Shown piece after piece: positions 9,182 to 19,646 of a stretch of 64,000 nucleotides of DNA. The stretch spans positions 544,001-608,000 of the forward strand of contig CP181291.1 of NCBI GenBank assembly GCA_052279835.1. Direction: 5' to 3'. Source of the DNA: Microcoleus sp. GTDB taxonomy: Bacteria; Cyanobacteriota; Cyanobacteriia; Cyanobacteriales; Microcoleaceae. A program made the position numbers and the translations under genes. Position 1 is the stretch's first letter. Every line of letters begins with the position of its first letter. Under the pieces are notes generated by a model. The model saw nothing but the letters and a program-made list of their open reading frames with translations. It did no database searches and was not told where the DNA came from.

Positions 9182-9284
9182 TATAGCAATCCTTGCAGGA
9201 GTCGTAAGTTTTTTACCCCACCCCAACCCGGACCTTGCTAAGGTCCGGGAGCAAGAAATTCACAAATGATTTAGGATTGCTATA
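9182..9284. mobile_element. MITE family A, copy 1
   Basis: TIR TATAGCAATCCT/AGGATTGCTATA, internal hairpin, homologous copy at 41932-42035. Confidence 0.8.
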
Positions 9285-9342
9285 GATGATTTGACATTTA
9301 GATCGGGTTCCCTATTAGCTAATACTTTCGCTGCTCGATCGT

Positions 9343-9375
9343 AAAAAAAATGGAAGAATTTGCTCTTCCATTTTT
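9343..9375 (-). terminator. Intrinsic terminator downstream of rpe (probably bidirectional)
   Basis: AAAAAAAA-TGGAAGA...TCTTCCA-TTTTT hairpin. Confidence 0.65.
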
Positions 9376-9450
9376 CAATAAAAACTATTTGTCCTGACTG
9401 CAAACCACTGTGATTATTACTAATTCATCGAATGCGATCGCATTTTGGAA

Positions 9451-10152
9451 TTAAACAGCGGCCAACTCAGGAGTCGGGCGCTTGCTGTTGCGGATACCCT
9501 CGATCGCCCCTGCGTAATCCTTCGCCTTAAACACAGCAGAACCGGCGACAACAGCATTTGCGCCCGCTTCCAAAACCTGCCAAGTATTGTCCACCTTCAA
9601 ACCGCCATCCACCTCAATCCAAGGATCGAGACCTCTCTCATCGCACATTTGGCGCAACTGGCGAATTTTTGGCAACACAGTCGGAATAAAACTTTGGCCG
9701 CCAAAACCCGGATTGACGCTCATAATCAGCACCAAATCGCAAAGTTCCAGCACGTACTCAATCAACTCCAAAGGAGTCGAAGGATTCAGAACCACACCAG
9801 CCATTTTGCCCAATTCCCGAATTTGACCGAGAGTGCGGTGCAAGTGAGGCGAAGCATTGTGTTCGGCGTGAACGGAAATAATGTCAGCACCAGCCTTCGC
9901 AAAGTCTTCAACATACTTCTCCGGTTCCACAATCATCAAGTGGACATCCAGAGGTTTCTTAGTCACGGGGCGAATTGCTTCTACAATCAGCGGTCCGATC
10001 GTAATATTAGGAACAAAGCGACCATCCATCACATCTACGTGAATCCAGTCAGCCCCAGCTTTGTCGATCGCCCGAATCTCATCTCCAAGACGGCTAAAAT
10101 CGGCTGATAATATAGATGGAGCAATAACTATCGGTTTTTGGGATTTGGTCAT
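9451..10152 (-). CDS. rpe: Ribulose-phosphate 3-epimerase
   Basis: [38 protein letters not shown] motifs. Confidence 0.97.
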   Translation of the reverse strand: MTKSQKPIVIAPSILSADFSRLGDEIRAIDKAGADWIHVDVMDGRFVPNITIGPLIVEAIRPVTKKPLDVHLMIVEPEKYVEDFAKAGADIISVHAEHNASPHLHRTLGQIRELGKMAGVVLNPSTPLELIEYVLELCDLVLIMSVNPGFGGQSFIPTVLPKIRQLRQMCDERGLDPWIEVDGGLKVDNTWQVLEAGANAVVAGSAVFKAKDYAGAIEGIRNSKRPTPELAAV

Positions 10153-10259
10153 GGCTTTCGTCTGTTCTCCTGTCTCCTTGGCTGTATCCAGTTTATCAAA
10201 ATGTGGGTCTGGGGGCTGAGGAATTTTGAGTTGGCAGTTTTGAGTTTTAACTTGCGAAT

Positions 10260-10646
10260 GTGGATAAAAATATGAAAAACAGAGATCCCTTAGAAAATCC
10301 TGAACTCCATCGAGTAAGTCTGTTTGTACTACTCATCCCCGTCATCGGCTTTTTTCCTGCCCTGTGGAAACTTTACCGCCACCAGGGCAGCCCCGAACAC
10401 AAAGCCGTCAGCCGTTTAGCCATTGCCCTAGCTTTAAGTTGGCTGTTAGGGCATATTTTTTTAGAAGCAGGAGCCATTTCTGCGGAATCTTGGACACTTC
10501 CCATGTTATTAATGAGTAGCCTGTTGACAACCAGCTATTTCATCATCAGCCTCAGTCTGATGTTTCGGCTTTGGAGACGCCAACCACTCTGGCTCCCCGG
10601 CCTTAGCCACGTAGCCGAACAATTGGTCGGCAAACATCTATCATAA
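10260..10646 (+). CDS. Small membrane protein (start may be ATG 10272)
   Basis: Three hydrophobic segments; co-oriented upstream of the LCP gene. Confidence 0.7.
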   Translation: MDKNMKNRDPLENPELHRVSLFVLLIPVIGFFPALWKLYRHQGSPEHKAVSRLAIALALSWLLGHIFLEAGAISAESWTLPMLLMSSLLTTSYFIISLSLMFRLWRRQPLWLPGLSHVAEQLVGKHLS

Positions 10647-10751
10647 TTTAGGGTTATTTTCTGCCCTTAGCGTATTGATTGATTGTCTCTTCAGGTTGAT
10701 ACTACAAATTGCCATTATCTTTTTTTATTCTTATTGTGTGTGAGGAAGCCA

Positions 10752-12152
10752 GTGCCAGCTCAAACAAATCCTAATCAAGACCCTACCAAACAACCAGCCA
10801 CCAATCCCTCAACCAGAAAATCTGCCCCGCCTCATCGAGGCCGTTGGCTGGGATTTGGTTTTGGTTTAGCTGGAGTCGCCATGCTCTCAGCCACAGCCGG
10901 AGCACTGTTAGCCGTTTCTCTGTCCACAACCCCGCTTCAGCAACAGAAGTTGACCCCAGAAGAAGCGGCGGTGTTTTCTCAAGGGGATATGGCCAAGCTG
11001 AGCATGAAAATGCCAGAGCTGACTCGCCCAGTAAATATTTTAGTTTTAGGACTTAAGGTTCTGAGTTCCGACCTTGACGGCCATCCCGACAAGGAACAGG
11101 GATACGATGTGTGGCAAAACTCTTTTAAAGGGTTAACTGACACCATGTTGCTGGTTAGGTTCGACCCTCAAAATCAAAAGTTAAGCGTACTTTCTATTCC
11201 GCGAGATACCCGCACCTATGTTGAAGGTAGGGGGGAGGTGAAAATCAACGAGGCTAATTACTATGGCGGTCCGGCTTCCTCAGCCAAATCGGTCAGCGGA
11301 CTCCTGGGCGGTGTGGGAATTGACCGCTATGTCACGGTCAATATTCATGGCATAAAAAGCTTAGTCGATGCCCTTGGTGGCCTGACAATTAATGTCCCTA
11401 AAGACATGAAATATACCGATGAAAGCCAGCATTTATATATAGATTTAAAGGCTGGTAAGCAGAAGCTAAACGGCGAACAAATCGTCCACTATTTGCTTTA
11501 TCGCCACGACAATTTGGGGGATATCGGTAGAGTGCAGCGCCAACAATTGTTGATGCGCGCTTTTGTGGAACAGGAAGTTAATGTCGGTCTGCTTTCTCGA
11601 TTGCCCAAAATTTTGTCGGTAATTCAGTCTCATATTGACACAAATTTGAGTGTTGAGGAATTAGTGGCTTTGGCTGGTTTTGCTACGAAAACAGATCGCT
11701 CTAGCGTGCAAATGTTGATGGTTCCAGGTAAGTTCAGCGATGCCAAGGATTACAAGGCTAGTTACTGGTTGCCGGATCAAAATGCGATCGAAACTATGGT
11801 AGCCGAACATTTTGACTTCGGTCAAAATACTTGGAAAATCGAGAATGCTGATGCGACTTTTCTGAAAGTGGCGATTCAAGATAGTACCGGCGATGAAGCT
11901 GCGGTGGAAGATTTTGTCAAGACATTGACTCGCGCAGGCTATCGCAATGTTCAAGTTTATAAAGATTGGCCAGAACCCTTGGATGTCACTACTTTTGTAG
12001 CTCAAGATGGGGATGTTAAAGGTGCCCAAGCAATTCGCCAGTCTGTGGGTTTTGGGGATGTTTTGGTTGAGAGTACCGGTTCTTTGCAATCGGATGTGAC
12101 TATCAGATTGGGCAAGGATTGGTTGAGTAAAAAGTCTAACTCAGACCGATAG
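10752..12152 (+). CDS. LCP (LytR-CpsA-Psr) family protein with LytR C-terminal domain
   Basis: TM anchor, NILVLG, TDTMLL, SIPRDT, KINEA, YRHD..GDIGRVQRQQ, DVTIRLGKD; GTG at 10752 with GAGG upstream. Confidence 0.92.
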   Translation: MPAQTNPNQDPTKQPATNPSTRKSAPPHRGRWLGFGFGLAGVAMLSATAGALLAVSLSTTPLQQQKLTPEEAAVFSQGDMAKLSMKMPELTRPVNILVLGLKVLSSDLDGHPDKEQGYDVWQNSFKGLTDTMLLVRFDPQNQKLSVLSIPRDTRTYVEGRGEVKINEANYYGGPASSAKSVSGLLGGVGIDRYVTVNIHGIKSLVDALGGLTINVPKDMKYTDESQHLYIDLKAGKQKLNGEQIVHYLLYRHDNLGDIGRVQRQQLLMRAFVEQEVNVGLLSRLPKILSVIQSHIDTNLSVEELVALAGFATKTDRSSVQMLMVPGKFSDAKDYKASYWLPDQNAIETMVAEHFDFGQNTWKIENADATFLKVAIQDSTGDEAAVEDFVKTLTRAGYRNVQVYKDWPEPLDVTTFVAQDGDVKGAQAIRQSVGFGDVLVESTGSLQSDVTIRLGKDWLSKKSNSDR

Positions 12153-12234
12153 TTTTAAACATGGTATTTGTAGGGACACAGCAGTGCTGTGTCTTTTTTA
12201 CTACATCCGGCCTAGATAGCAACGGCCAAGGGTA

Positions 12235-13812
12235 TTAATCACGATCGCCCACAGGTAAACTAAGGGTGAATCCTGTTTGACCAACTATGGCAGCATCTAG
12301 CTTAATATCGCCACCGTGGGCCCTGGCTATTTCCCGTGCTAAACTTAGTCCCAATCCCGAACCTGCAATTTTTTGGGTTTGAGTAGAGTCGCCGCGATGG
12401 AAGCGATCGAAAATCCGATCGCCCTCACTCACAGAAATATCTTGAGAACTATTGACAATTTTCACAATTACTGTTTTTCCCAGACAGTTAGCCTGTAACC
12501 TGAGCCAACCCTCTGGCAAATTATATTTAATCGCATTACCAACCAGATTTTGCAAAACCTGCACCAGCAAATCGCGATCGCCCTTGATATATAAATGAGG
12601 ATCAATTGCCATTTCCACTTCTAAATCCGGTGCTAACAGTTCCATATCTTCAGCAATTTCAGCTAACAGAGCAGACAGATTCACCTCAACCCAATTTAAG
12701 CTCATCCGTCCGGCATCAGCAAGAGAAAGTAGTAAAAGTTTGCGGGTAATTTCACTCAGTCGGCGCACTTCATCCAATAACTTACTGAAAGTTTGTTGCA
12801 TTTCGGACTCCTCTGGGGCTTGATGCAAAGCCCGTTCTAGTTGACCTTGCAAAATTGCCAGCGGTGTCTTTAATTCATGAGCAGCATCTCCACTAAATCG
12901 AGAAGCTTGCTGAAAACTCCGTTCCAGACGTTCCAGCATTTGATTGAACACAGAAATTAACTCTACAAACTCTATATCCGTTGAACCGAGGGGCACGCGA
13001 CGATCGAGTCCTTGTACAGTAACATTTCGGATTGCCGTAGTTAGTCGCCCAATTGGATACAAAATACTCCGCGATATCACCCAGGCTCCACCGGCTACGA
13101 GTAAAAGGACTACAGGAATTGATATCAGAAAGATATTACCAATCGATGTCATTTCTAGATCGATCGCCTGTAAGTTAACAGCGATCGCTATTTGAGTCTG
13201 AGGAGAATGAATTGCGCCTACACGCCAAATAGTCTTGCTAGTACGCCTTGTTGCTAGCTTAGCCTCGAAAACTTGAGGAAAATCAGGTCTATCTAATTCA
13301 GGAGGCCCATCGCGCGGAGGTCTTCTTTCTCTGGGAGAGAATGAATCGGGGCGATCGAATTGAGGAGGTCGATCGCGCGGACGTCTTCTTTCTCTCCCAG
13401 AGAATGAATCAATGCCATTGAGAGGTGGAGCGGGAGGTGCTAATTCAAAAGGTATTCTCACAGGATCGGGAGGAGGTTGAGGAAGCGATCGCCAGAGTGA
13501 ATCAGCATCAATTCCATCTTGCCACTGAGTCGATTTGTAGAGCAAATTACCATCTCTGTCATTCACCAGCAAAGCCACAGTTGTTTTGCCATTCATCCCC
13601 AAAAATAATGGCAAAGAATTAGCATAATTATCCCATTGGGTTGATGCGGGACGGGTAGATTGGATTAACTGATTCTTGATTTCAGCATCAAGACGTTTCA
13701 CCTTAGCATCATAAATCAACCACCACGAAACAATACTAAAGCCAATCAGAGCCACACTAGCCAGAACAGCCGAGAATAGAGTAATCCGAAAGCGAAAAGA
13801 TTGCAGTTTCAT
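12235..13812 (-). CDS. Membrane sensor histidine kinase (HAMP, HisKA, HATPase; CusS/CzcS-like)
   Basis: Two TM helices, HAMP, AAHELKTPL, NLVGNAIKY, GSGLGL; overlaps the response regulator stop. Confidence 0.92.
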   Translation of the reverse strand: MKLQSFRFRITLFSAVLASVALIGFSIVSWWLIYDAKVKRLDAEIKNQLIQSTRPASTQWDNYANSLPLFLGMNGKTTVALLVNDRDGNLLYKSTQWQDGIDADSLWRSLPQPPPDPVRIPFELAPPAPPLNGIDSFSGRERRRPRDRPPQFDRPDSFSPRERRPPRDGPPELDRPDFPQVFEAKLATRRTSKTIWRVGAIHSPQTQIAIAVNLQAIDLEMTSIGNIFLISIPVVLLLVAGGAWVISRSILYPIGRLTTAIRNVTVQGLDRRVPLGSTDIEFVELISVFNQMLERLERSFQQASRFSGDAAHELKTPLAILQGQLERALHQAPEESEMQQTFSKLLDEVRRLSEITRKLLLLSLADAGRMSLNWVEVNLSALLAEIAEDMELLAPDLEVEMAIDPHLYIKGDRDLLVQVLQNLVGNAIKYNLPEGWLRLQANCLGKTVIVKIVNSSQDISVSEGDRIFDRFHRGDSTQTQKIAGSGLGLSLAREIARAHGGDIKLDAAIVGQTGFTLSLPVGDRD

Positions 13813-14492
13813 GATGGAGAATCCGGTTTGCGAAACCGATAGCCAACGCCCCGCACGCTCTCAACCCATCCCGTACCGCCGATGGGTTCAATTTTCTTGC
13901 GAATGCGTTGAATACAGACATCTACCACATTCGTATTCGGATTAAAATCATAGCCCCAGATATGTTCGAGGATTTGCGTGCGAGTGAGTACCCTACCGGG
14001 CGATCGCATCAGATATTCCAACAGATTAAACTCACGGGTAGTAAGTTCTACCGCATGAGAATCGCAGGTAACTTCTCGGAGAATGCGATCGAGCTTAACT
14101 GGACCAACACTGAGAATATTTTGGCGATCGCCAGAAGCCCGTCGCACCACAGCATAAATCCGAGCAACTAACTCTTCTACAAAAAACGGTTTCGCCAAAT
14201 AGTCATCAGCACCGAGATGTAACCCTTCAATGCGATCGTCTAATTCATTACGAGCCGTTAATAAAATCACAGGTACATTGCGTCCAGCCTTTCGCAGAAG
14301 TTTCAGAATAGATAACCCATCTTTTCCCGGTAAAACAATATCCAGGACGATCGCATCGTACTGATTATCCATCGCGCGATCGTAGCCATCATTACCATTA
14401 TCGCAATAATCCACCACAAAGCCTTGTTCTTTCAAACCAATACAAACAAAATTGGCGATTTTTGCTTCATCTTCAACATATAAAACATTCAT
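13809..14492 (-). CDS. OmpR-family response regulator (CusR/CopR-like)
   Basis: VEDE, LD, GADDYLAKPF, winged helix NVVDV.I.RIRKK, SVRGVGY. Confidence 0.95.
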   Translation of the reverse strand: MNVLYVEDEAKIANFVCIGLKEQGFVVDYCDNGNDGYDRAMDNQYDAIVLDIVLPGKDGLSILKLLRKAGRNVPVILLTARNELDDRIEGLHLGADDYLAKPFFVEELVARIYAVVRRASGDRQNILSVGPVKLDRILREVTCDSHAVELTTREFNLLEYLMRSPGRVLTRTQILEHIWGYDFNPNTNVVDVCIQRIRKKIEPIGGTGWVESVRGVGYRFRKPDSPS

Positions 14493-14604
14493 AGATTTAC
14501 ATCAAGTACGGGTCTGGGTAATTGGTAGCTAACAACAAATAACAAATAACAAATAACTACTGACCGATTCCGTTGTAATGATACCCCATCATTGATTTAA
14601 ATAA

Positions 14605-14620
14605 ATTACAAAATTGTAAT
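14605..14620. promoter_or_regulatory. Palindromic box ATTACAAAATTGTAAT (candidate response regulator site)
   Basis: Lies in the divergent spacer; near-identical copy at 15123-15138. Confidence 0.6.
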
Positions 14621-14698
14621 CTATCCGCAGAGTGGCAGGTAATGTTTCGGGAGTTTAATGTAGCTGTCAACATTTTTGGATCGGCGATATTAAATATC

Positions 14699-15085
14699 AT
14701 GAAAATTGCTTCGCTACTCGCACTACCTGCTACAGCCTTGGTGCTGGGATTTAGCAGCTTGACTTTCCCCGATCGGACTACAGCTAGTTCTTCTAATACT
14801 CTACTAGCCCAGAGCGCACCAGAACCAAGTCAAGAGCGCAGACATCCGCCCCGTATAGATTTTGCTGCTGCGGCCAAACAATTAGGAGTCACCGAAGCCA
14901 ACTTAATCGAAGCATTGGGCCTACCCCCCAAACCCCCGGAACCACCAACTGACCAAAATCGGCCCCCCTGTCCACCGCCCCCTCCTCCCTTAGATATTCC
15001 CGGTGCAGCGAACAAATTGGGAGTCACCGAAGCACAGTTGATTCAAATTTTGGGCATTCCACCCCGTCCACTCCGGCGATCGTAA
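14699..15085 (+). CDS. Putative exported Pro-rich protein with two helical repeats
   Basis: Signal-peptide-like start; DFAAAAKQLGVTEANLIEALG and DIPGAANKLGVTEAQLIQILG. Confidence 0.75.
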   Translation: MKIASLLALPATALVLGFSSLTFPDRTTASSSNTLLAQSAPEPSQERRHPPRIDFAAAAKQLGVTEANLIEALGLPPKPPEPPTDQNRPPCPPPPPPLDIPGAANKLGVTEAQLIQILGIPPRPLRRS

Positions 15086-15122
15086 TTTACCCCAAAATTC
15101 CGAAAAACGCTAATTTCTCCAG

Positions 15123-15138
15123 ATTACAAAACTGTAAT
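15123..15138. promoter_or_regulatory. Second palindromic box ATTACAAAACTGTAAT
   Basis: 15/16 identical to the 14605 box; upstream of the RTX-like gene. Confidence 0.6.
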
Positions 15139-15271
15139 CCTAGCACAGGGATAAATGTCATATTCAACCAGCTTAATGATTGTAGCGACTCAAGCAAAGG
15201 GCGAGCAAGAATCAATTTCTGTAGCCTGACAACTGCTTGAAACTTAGAAAAATAATCGAGGGAATTACACC

Positions 15272-16297
15272 ATGCCACCACTATTTCCTAATCCTAATTC
15301 AATTAATACACCGGGCAATCCACCACCCCAAAATCAAGGTACACCGGGCAATCCACCACCCCAAAATCAAGGTACACCGGGCAATCCACCACCCCAAAAT
15401 CAAGGTACACCGGGCAATCCACCACCCCAAAATCAAGGTACACCGGGCAATCCACCACCTCAAAATCAAGGCGGACAACTCACCAGTTCTGCTTTACCTC
15501 TCCAAAACCCCACTCCACCCGCACCCCCAGCCAACAGTATCAATACCACAGCAGGAAACGACAATATTACCGGAGATAGTTTAGACAACTTCATCCTAGG
15601 TAGTAGCGGCACTGATAGCATAATTGGAGGATTAGGGACGGATACAATTAGCTATCTTTCCCTAGGAAGTGGCATTACCCTGAAGGCTCAAGGCCTTGTC
15701 AGCAAAGGCACAGCCGGTAATGATACCCTGCAAAGCATAGAAGACATAATTGCTCCTTTAGGACAGATTAATACCATCGATGCTTCAACAGGTAGCGGCA
15801 CAGCTTCTATTAACGTGGACTTGTCGCAGAATCGGTTAGCCGTTAACAATATACCCACTATCGGCACTCTGAATTTTACGGTAGAGAATTTCGTTAATGT
15901 CACAGGTACTCCCAATGTAGATGTCCTTACCGGAAACATCGAAAACAATACTTTAGTAGGAGGAGAAGGTAACGATACACTCTCAGGTTTGCGTGGCAAT
16001 GATACGCTAATTGGAGTAAATCCCTTGAGTGCCACACCAGGAAGTAATGAAACAGATGTGCTGATTGGGGGTCGGGGTCGAGATATTTTTGTACTAGGAG
16101 ATGCCACCAAGACCTACTATAGTGGCACCGGATTTGCATCGATTCAAGATTTTCAGGCAGGAATCGATCGCATCCAATTACGTGGAAATATTTCCAACTA
16201 CAATATTGTTGGTAATTCCATCAATTTAGCAGGTACATCAGACCAAATAGCTGTAATTCAAGGCAACTTTACACCTGATAGTTTCCTGTTTGTTTGA
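15272..16297 (+). CDS. Calcium-binding RTX-like protein with Pro-rich N-terminal repeats
   Basis: GGEGNDTL, GLRGNDTL, GGRGRDIF nonapeptides; IQDFQAGIDRIQL; ends FLFV. Confidence 0.88.
   Translation: MPPLFPNPNSINTPGNPPPQNQGTPGNPPPQNQGTPGNPPPQNQGTPGNPPPQNQGTPGNPPPQNQGGQLTSSALPLQNPTPPAPPANSINTTAGNDNITGDSLDNFILGSSGTDSIIGGLGTDTISYLSLGSGITLKAQGLVSKGTAGNDTLQSIEDIIAPLGQINTIDASTGSGTASINVDLSQNRLAVNNIPTIGTLNFTVENFVNVTGTPNVDVLTGNIENNTLVGGEGNDTLSGLRGNDTLIGVNPLSATPGSNETDVLIGGRGRDIFVLGDATKTYYSGTGFASIQDFQAGIDRIQLRGNISNYNIVGNSINLAGTSDQIAVIQGNFTPDSFLFV
15308..15472 (+). repeat. 33-nt coding tandem repeat x5 (TPGNPPPQNQG)
   Basis: Four identical and one slightly diverged unit ACACCGGGCAATCCACCACCCCAAAATCAAGGT, no spacers. 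Confidence 0.95.
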
Positions 16298-16303
16298 ACT
16301 ATA

Positions 16304-16463
16304 ACTGGTTCCCAGGCTCCAGCCTGGGAACCCATATCACTCTTGCTCTGCCTCGAAAAAGGAAAATAGAAAGTCAGCCTTCCTCGCGATCGGCATTACC
16401 AGGCTCCAAAATGGAGGCAGAGCCTCCCGATCGGCATTACCAGGCCAGAGCCTGGTAACGAGT
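16304..16463. repeat. REP-like multi-hairpin intergenic element
   Basis: GTTCCCAGGCT..AGCCTGGGAAC, GGAGGCAGAGCCTCC and TTACCAGGC..GCCTGGTAA hairpins with an internal duplication. Confidence 0.7.
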
Positions 16464-16522
16464 AGAATTTCTTCTTCCCACTTCTTCCTTCGTGTCCTTC
16501 GCGTCTTCGCGGTTCAATCCTA

Positions 16523-17452
16523 CTAACTTGCTGGCAATGCCGATCGCCCTTTAATCCAATCAAGTAAAATAGGATTCACCAATTCCGGCGCTTCATCCTG
16601 GGGACAATGGCCAACCCCCTCCAAAGGAATAAACTGTTCAACCGCCGGGTATTTAGCTAATTCTCGTCCAAGGGCGATCGGCTCCCAAGGGTCATCCGTA
16701 CCCCACAAAATCAAAGCAGGACAGCTCAAACGAGGCAACAAATCCTCCGGTAACGGGCCTTGAGAATAACTAATAAATGCTACAAACACCTCCACAGCAC
16801 CGGGATCGCGCGCTGGTTTCAACAACATTTCTATCAGTTCATCAGTAACAGCTTCAGGACGGCGATAAGCTTGCAAAAGCACTTTTCGCACTGTATTCGG
16901 CGTTGCCAATTGTTTGAAAAATAATTGACTAATCCATTTGACATTTAAAACTTTTTGTGCTATGGGCGCTCCAAAACTGCGATACCAAGGCATTTGGGCC
17001 CGTTTGCGATCGTGCAACAAGCGCAAAGAACAATTAAGTAAAACGACACCAGAAGCAATCTCAGGAAAATCCACAGCAGCTTGCATAATCGCCACACAGC
17101 CGATCGAATTTCCCACCAAAAAAGCAGGCCCCCCCGCAACTTCCCGACAAAAATCAGCAATTAGCTGACCCCAAGTCTCAAAAGAATAGTCAATTTCCAA
17201 TTTCGGCACAGGTTTAGCAGAAGCGCCAAAACCGATCAGATCGATCGCAAAACAGCGACAATCAACAGCCAATGCCGGCAAATTCTTGCGCCAATGGCCC
17301 CAAGACGCACCGAAACCGTGGACAAACACCACCGCAGGCCCCTCGGTTCCCGCAGTCTGGTAACAAATCGGAAAGCCTTTCCACACCCAAGTTTGAGGCG
17401 CGACAGTAGTTAACGTAGAAGAAGTCATAGAAGTAAAAAACTCAAAATTCAA
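16523..17452 (-). CDS. Alpha/beta-fold hydrolase
   Basis: HGFGAS, DLIGFG, GNSIG nucleophile elbow, WGTDD, GHCPQDE. Confidence 0.93.
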   Translation of the reverse strand: MNFEFFTSMTSSTLTTVAPQTWVWKGFPICYQTAGTEGPAVVFVHGFGASWGHWRKNLPALAVDCRCFAIDLIGFGASAKPVPKLEIDYSFETWGQLIADFCREVAGGPAFLVGNSIGCVAIMQAAVDFPEIASGVVLLNCSLRLLHDRKRAQMPWYRSFGAPIAQKVLNVKWISQLFFKQLATPNTVRKVLLQAYRRPEAVTDELIEMLLKPARDPGAVEVFVAFISYSQGPLPEDLLPRLSCPALILWGTDDPWEPIALGRELAKYPAVEQFIPLEGVGHCPQDEAPELVNPILLDWIKGRSALPAS

Positions 17453-17736
17453 CAGTACAAAAGACCAAAACCCTTAACACAAACCGTATCGCAATTCGAG
17501 GCAACCTTCCTTCTTTCCCTCATCCCTCTGCGCCCTCTGCGCCCTCTGCGGTTAAATCTTCTTCCTTCTTCCTTCTTCCTTCCGCCCTTGGGGGCTGGGG
17601 GGGTTCTTCTTCCTTCTTCCTGAAGCGGTTCAGTCAGCGGAGTCGAAGGGCCTTCGTGCTTCTTCCTTGGCAGCACGAGCCAATATTGTGCCACCATTAA
17701 AGATGCTGAATTTTTTGCCTTATTGAAATTTCCCCT

Positions 17737-18666
17737 ATGCCAACGATCATTTCCACTGCTGTCGTACCATTTCTAGGATCGGAGATAGTACCCGACTACA
17801 ACACCGCCAAAGTAGTTATCTTACCAATTCCCTACGAAGCCACCACCACCTACCGCCGGGGCTGCGAAAACGGGCCGGCGAAACTTCTTGAAGCCTCTCA
17901 TCAACTCGAATGCTACGACGAAGAACTCGATTCTGAAGTTTGCTACGATGTCGGAATTTATACAAAAGATCCGATCGCAGATACCCGCAACAGCCAACCA
18001 GTTTCATCCCTAGAAATGCTGCGAGTCACCCAAGCGGCAGTGTATCAGTTAGTTACAGAAAATAAATTTGTCATCTCCCTCGGAGGCGAACACAGCATCA
18101 CCGCCGGTGTTGTCGAAGGTTATCGCCAAGCATACCCAGACGAACCTTTCACAGTCATACAAGTTGATGCCCACGGCGACTTGCGACACGAGTATGAAGG
18201 TTCGATTCATAACCACGCCTGTGTGATGCGACGGGTGGTTGATATGGGTTTACCCACACTGCAAATCGGCATTCGTGCTATCTGTAAGGAAGAAGCTGAT
18301 TTGATTAAAGCAAAACAGCTTAATGTGATTAGAGCTAGGGAAATTGCTACTCAACCAGATTGGGCAGATCGGGCAATTGCCAGTATCACCACTAAGCGGG
18401 TATTTTTGACTATAGACTTAGATGGCATCGATCCGACTTTAATTCCTGGGGTTGGCACTCCAGAACCGGGCGGGTTAAATTGGTATTCGCTGACTGGATT
18501 TTTGCGCCGTGTCTTCGAGTCCTACGAAGTCATCGGCTGTGACATTATGGAATTAGCACCTGTTGTAGATTCTGTAGTGTCAGAATTTACTGCCGCTAAA
18601 TTAGCATACAAAATGATTGGCTATCAAGCTGTGGCTCAAGGTTGGCTAAAGCAAGACGAGGGTTGA
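17737..18666 (+). CDS. speB: Agmatinase
   Basis: GGEHSIT, DAHGD, DLDGIDP, GTPEPGG ureohydrolase motifs. Confidence 0.92.
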   Translation: MPTIISTAVVPFLGSEIVPDYNTAKVVILPIPYEATTTYRRGCENGPAKLLEASHQLECYDEELDSEVCYDVGIYTKDPIADTRNSQPVSSLEMLRVTQAAVYQLVTENKFVISLGGEHSITAGVVEGYRQAYPDEPFTVIQVDAHGDLRHEYEGSIHNHACVMRRVVDMGLPTLQIGIRAICKEEADLIKAKQLNVIRAREIATQPDWADRAIASITTKRVFLTIDLDGIDPTLIPGVGTPEPGGLNWYSLTGFLRRVFESYEVIGCDIMELAPVVDSVVSEFTAAKLAYKMIGYQAVAQGWLKQDEG

Positions 18667-18877
18667 TTAACTTTAGAACATCAGCAAAAAGGATGAAAAG
18701 ATTTGTCCCACCAGCAAGCTATTTAGTCCTTGACACAACCACCGGGTTTTTGACAAAATATCCGATGGTTGTGATTGATATGGATTGAAAAATAGGGTTA
18801 AGATGGATTCAGGTTGCACTTTATATGATTCTTGACTGTTGACTGTTGACTGTGAAAAAAAATTACTAAGGGAAACA

Positions 18878-19414
18878 ATGGGTACTCCGATTAATGGCTA
18901 CGCTCCAGATTTTGAACTGCCGGGAGTTGATGAAGAAGTTCACCATTTAGCTCGATATTTAGAAAAATTTCGGGCGATCGGGGTAGTATTTATGTGCAAT
19001 CACTGCCCTTATGTAAAGTTGTATCTCGATCGCCTCAAAAAACTGCAAGCAGATTTTCAAGACGATGATTTTACTTTAATCGGGATTAATGCTAACGATG
19101 CTAATCAATATCCCGATGACAGTTTTGAAAATATGAAAGTATTTGCAGCTAACAATCAACTCAATTTTCCTTACATCCGAGATGTGGCTCAAGATGTCGC
19201 TGAAAGTTTTGGGGCTTCTAAAACACCGGAGGTATTTTTGCTAGATCGAGATGGCAGATTGCGTTACAAAGGTTTGATTGATGACAATGCTGACGATGCC
19301 GCAGGGGTACAGGTGTCTTATCTACGAAGTGCGATCGCCCAATTGCTCAAGGGTGAATCGGTAGATCCTTCGAGTACAGAGGCGATCGGCTGTTCTGTCA
19401 AATGGCGATCGTAG
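18878..19414 (+). CDS. Thioredoxin-like/AhpC-TSA redoxin
   Basis: APDFELPG, CNHCPYV, TPEVFL, GCSVKW; ATG at 18878. Confidence 0.9.
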   Translation: MGTPINGYAPDFELPGVDEEVHHLARYLEKFRAIGVVFMCNHCPYVKLYLDRLKKLQADFQDDDFTLIGINANDANQYPDDSFENMKVFAANNQLNFPYIRDVAQDVAESFGASKTPEVFLLDRDGRLRYKGLIDDNADDAAGVQVSYLRSAIAQLLKGESVDPSSTEAIGCSVKWRS

Positions 19415-19519
19415 TTTTTAATTGTTAGTTGTTATTGGTTATTAATTATTTATTTTGTTTGTTTTGAGTCTTCCAGACTCTACCTCCAATAAGCAATAAC
19501 TAATAACCACTAACCAATA

Positions 19520-19623
19520 ATATCAAATCCGGTAACATCGAAATTATTCATCTCTCTTATCTCCCTCTGTGTTCTCTGCGTTCTAGTAAGGTTAAATCAT
19601 TCCGATGCAGCCGGAAACGATAT
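19520..19623. mobile_element. MITE family B, copy 1
   Basis: Imperfect TIR ATATCAAATCCGG/CCGGAAACGATAT; homolog at 62860-62968; partial ends near 5656, 43350-43383 and 51453. Confidence 0.7.
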
Positions 19624-19646
19624 AACCAATAACCAATAACTAATAA

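Noticed and set aside
9445..10107. 220-aa ORF opposite rpe
   Set aside because: Antisense shadow of a conserved gene.
15308..15472. 33-nt direct repeats as a CRISPR array
   Set aside because: No spacers, in frame within a CDS, and no cas genes in the window.
17449..17697. 82-aa Arg/Glu-rich ORF
   Set aside because: Translation of 7-nt and 9-nt intergenic repeats in a divergent promoter region.
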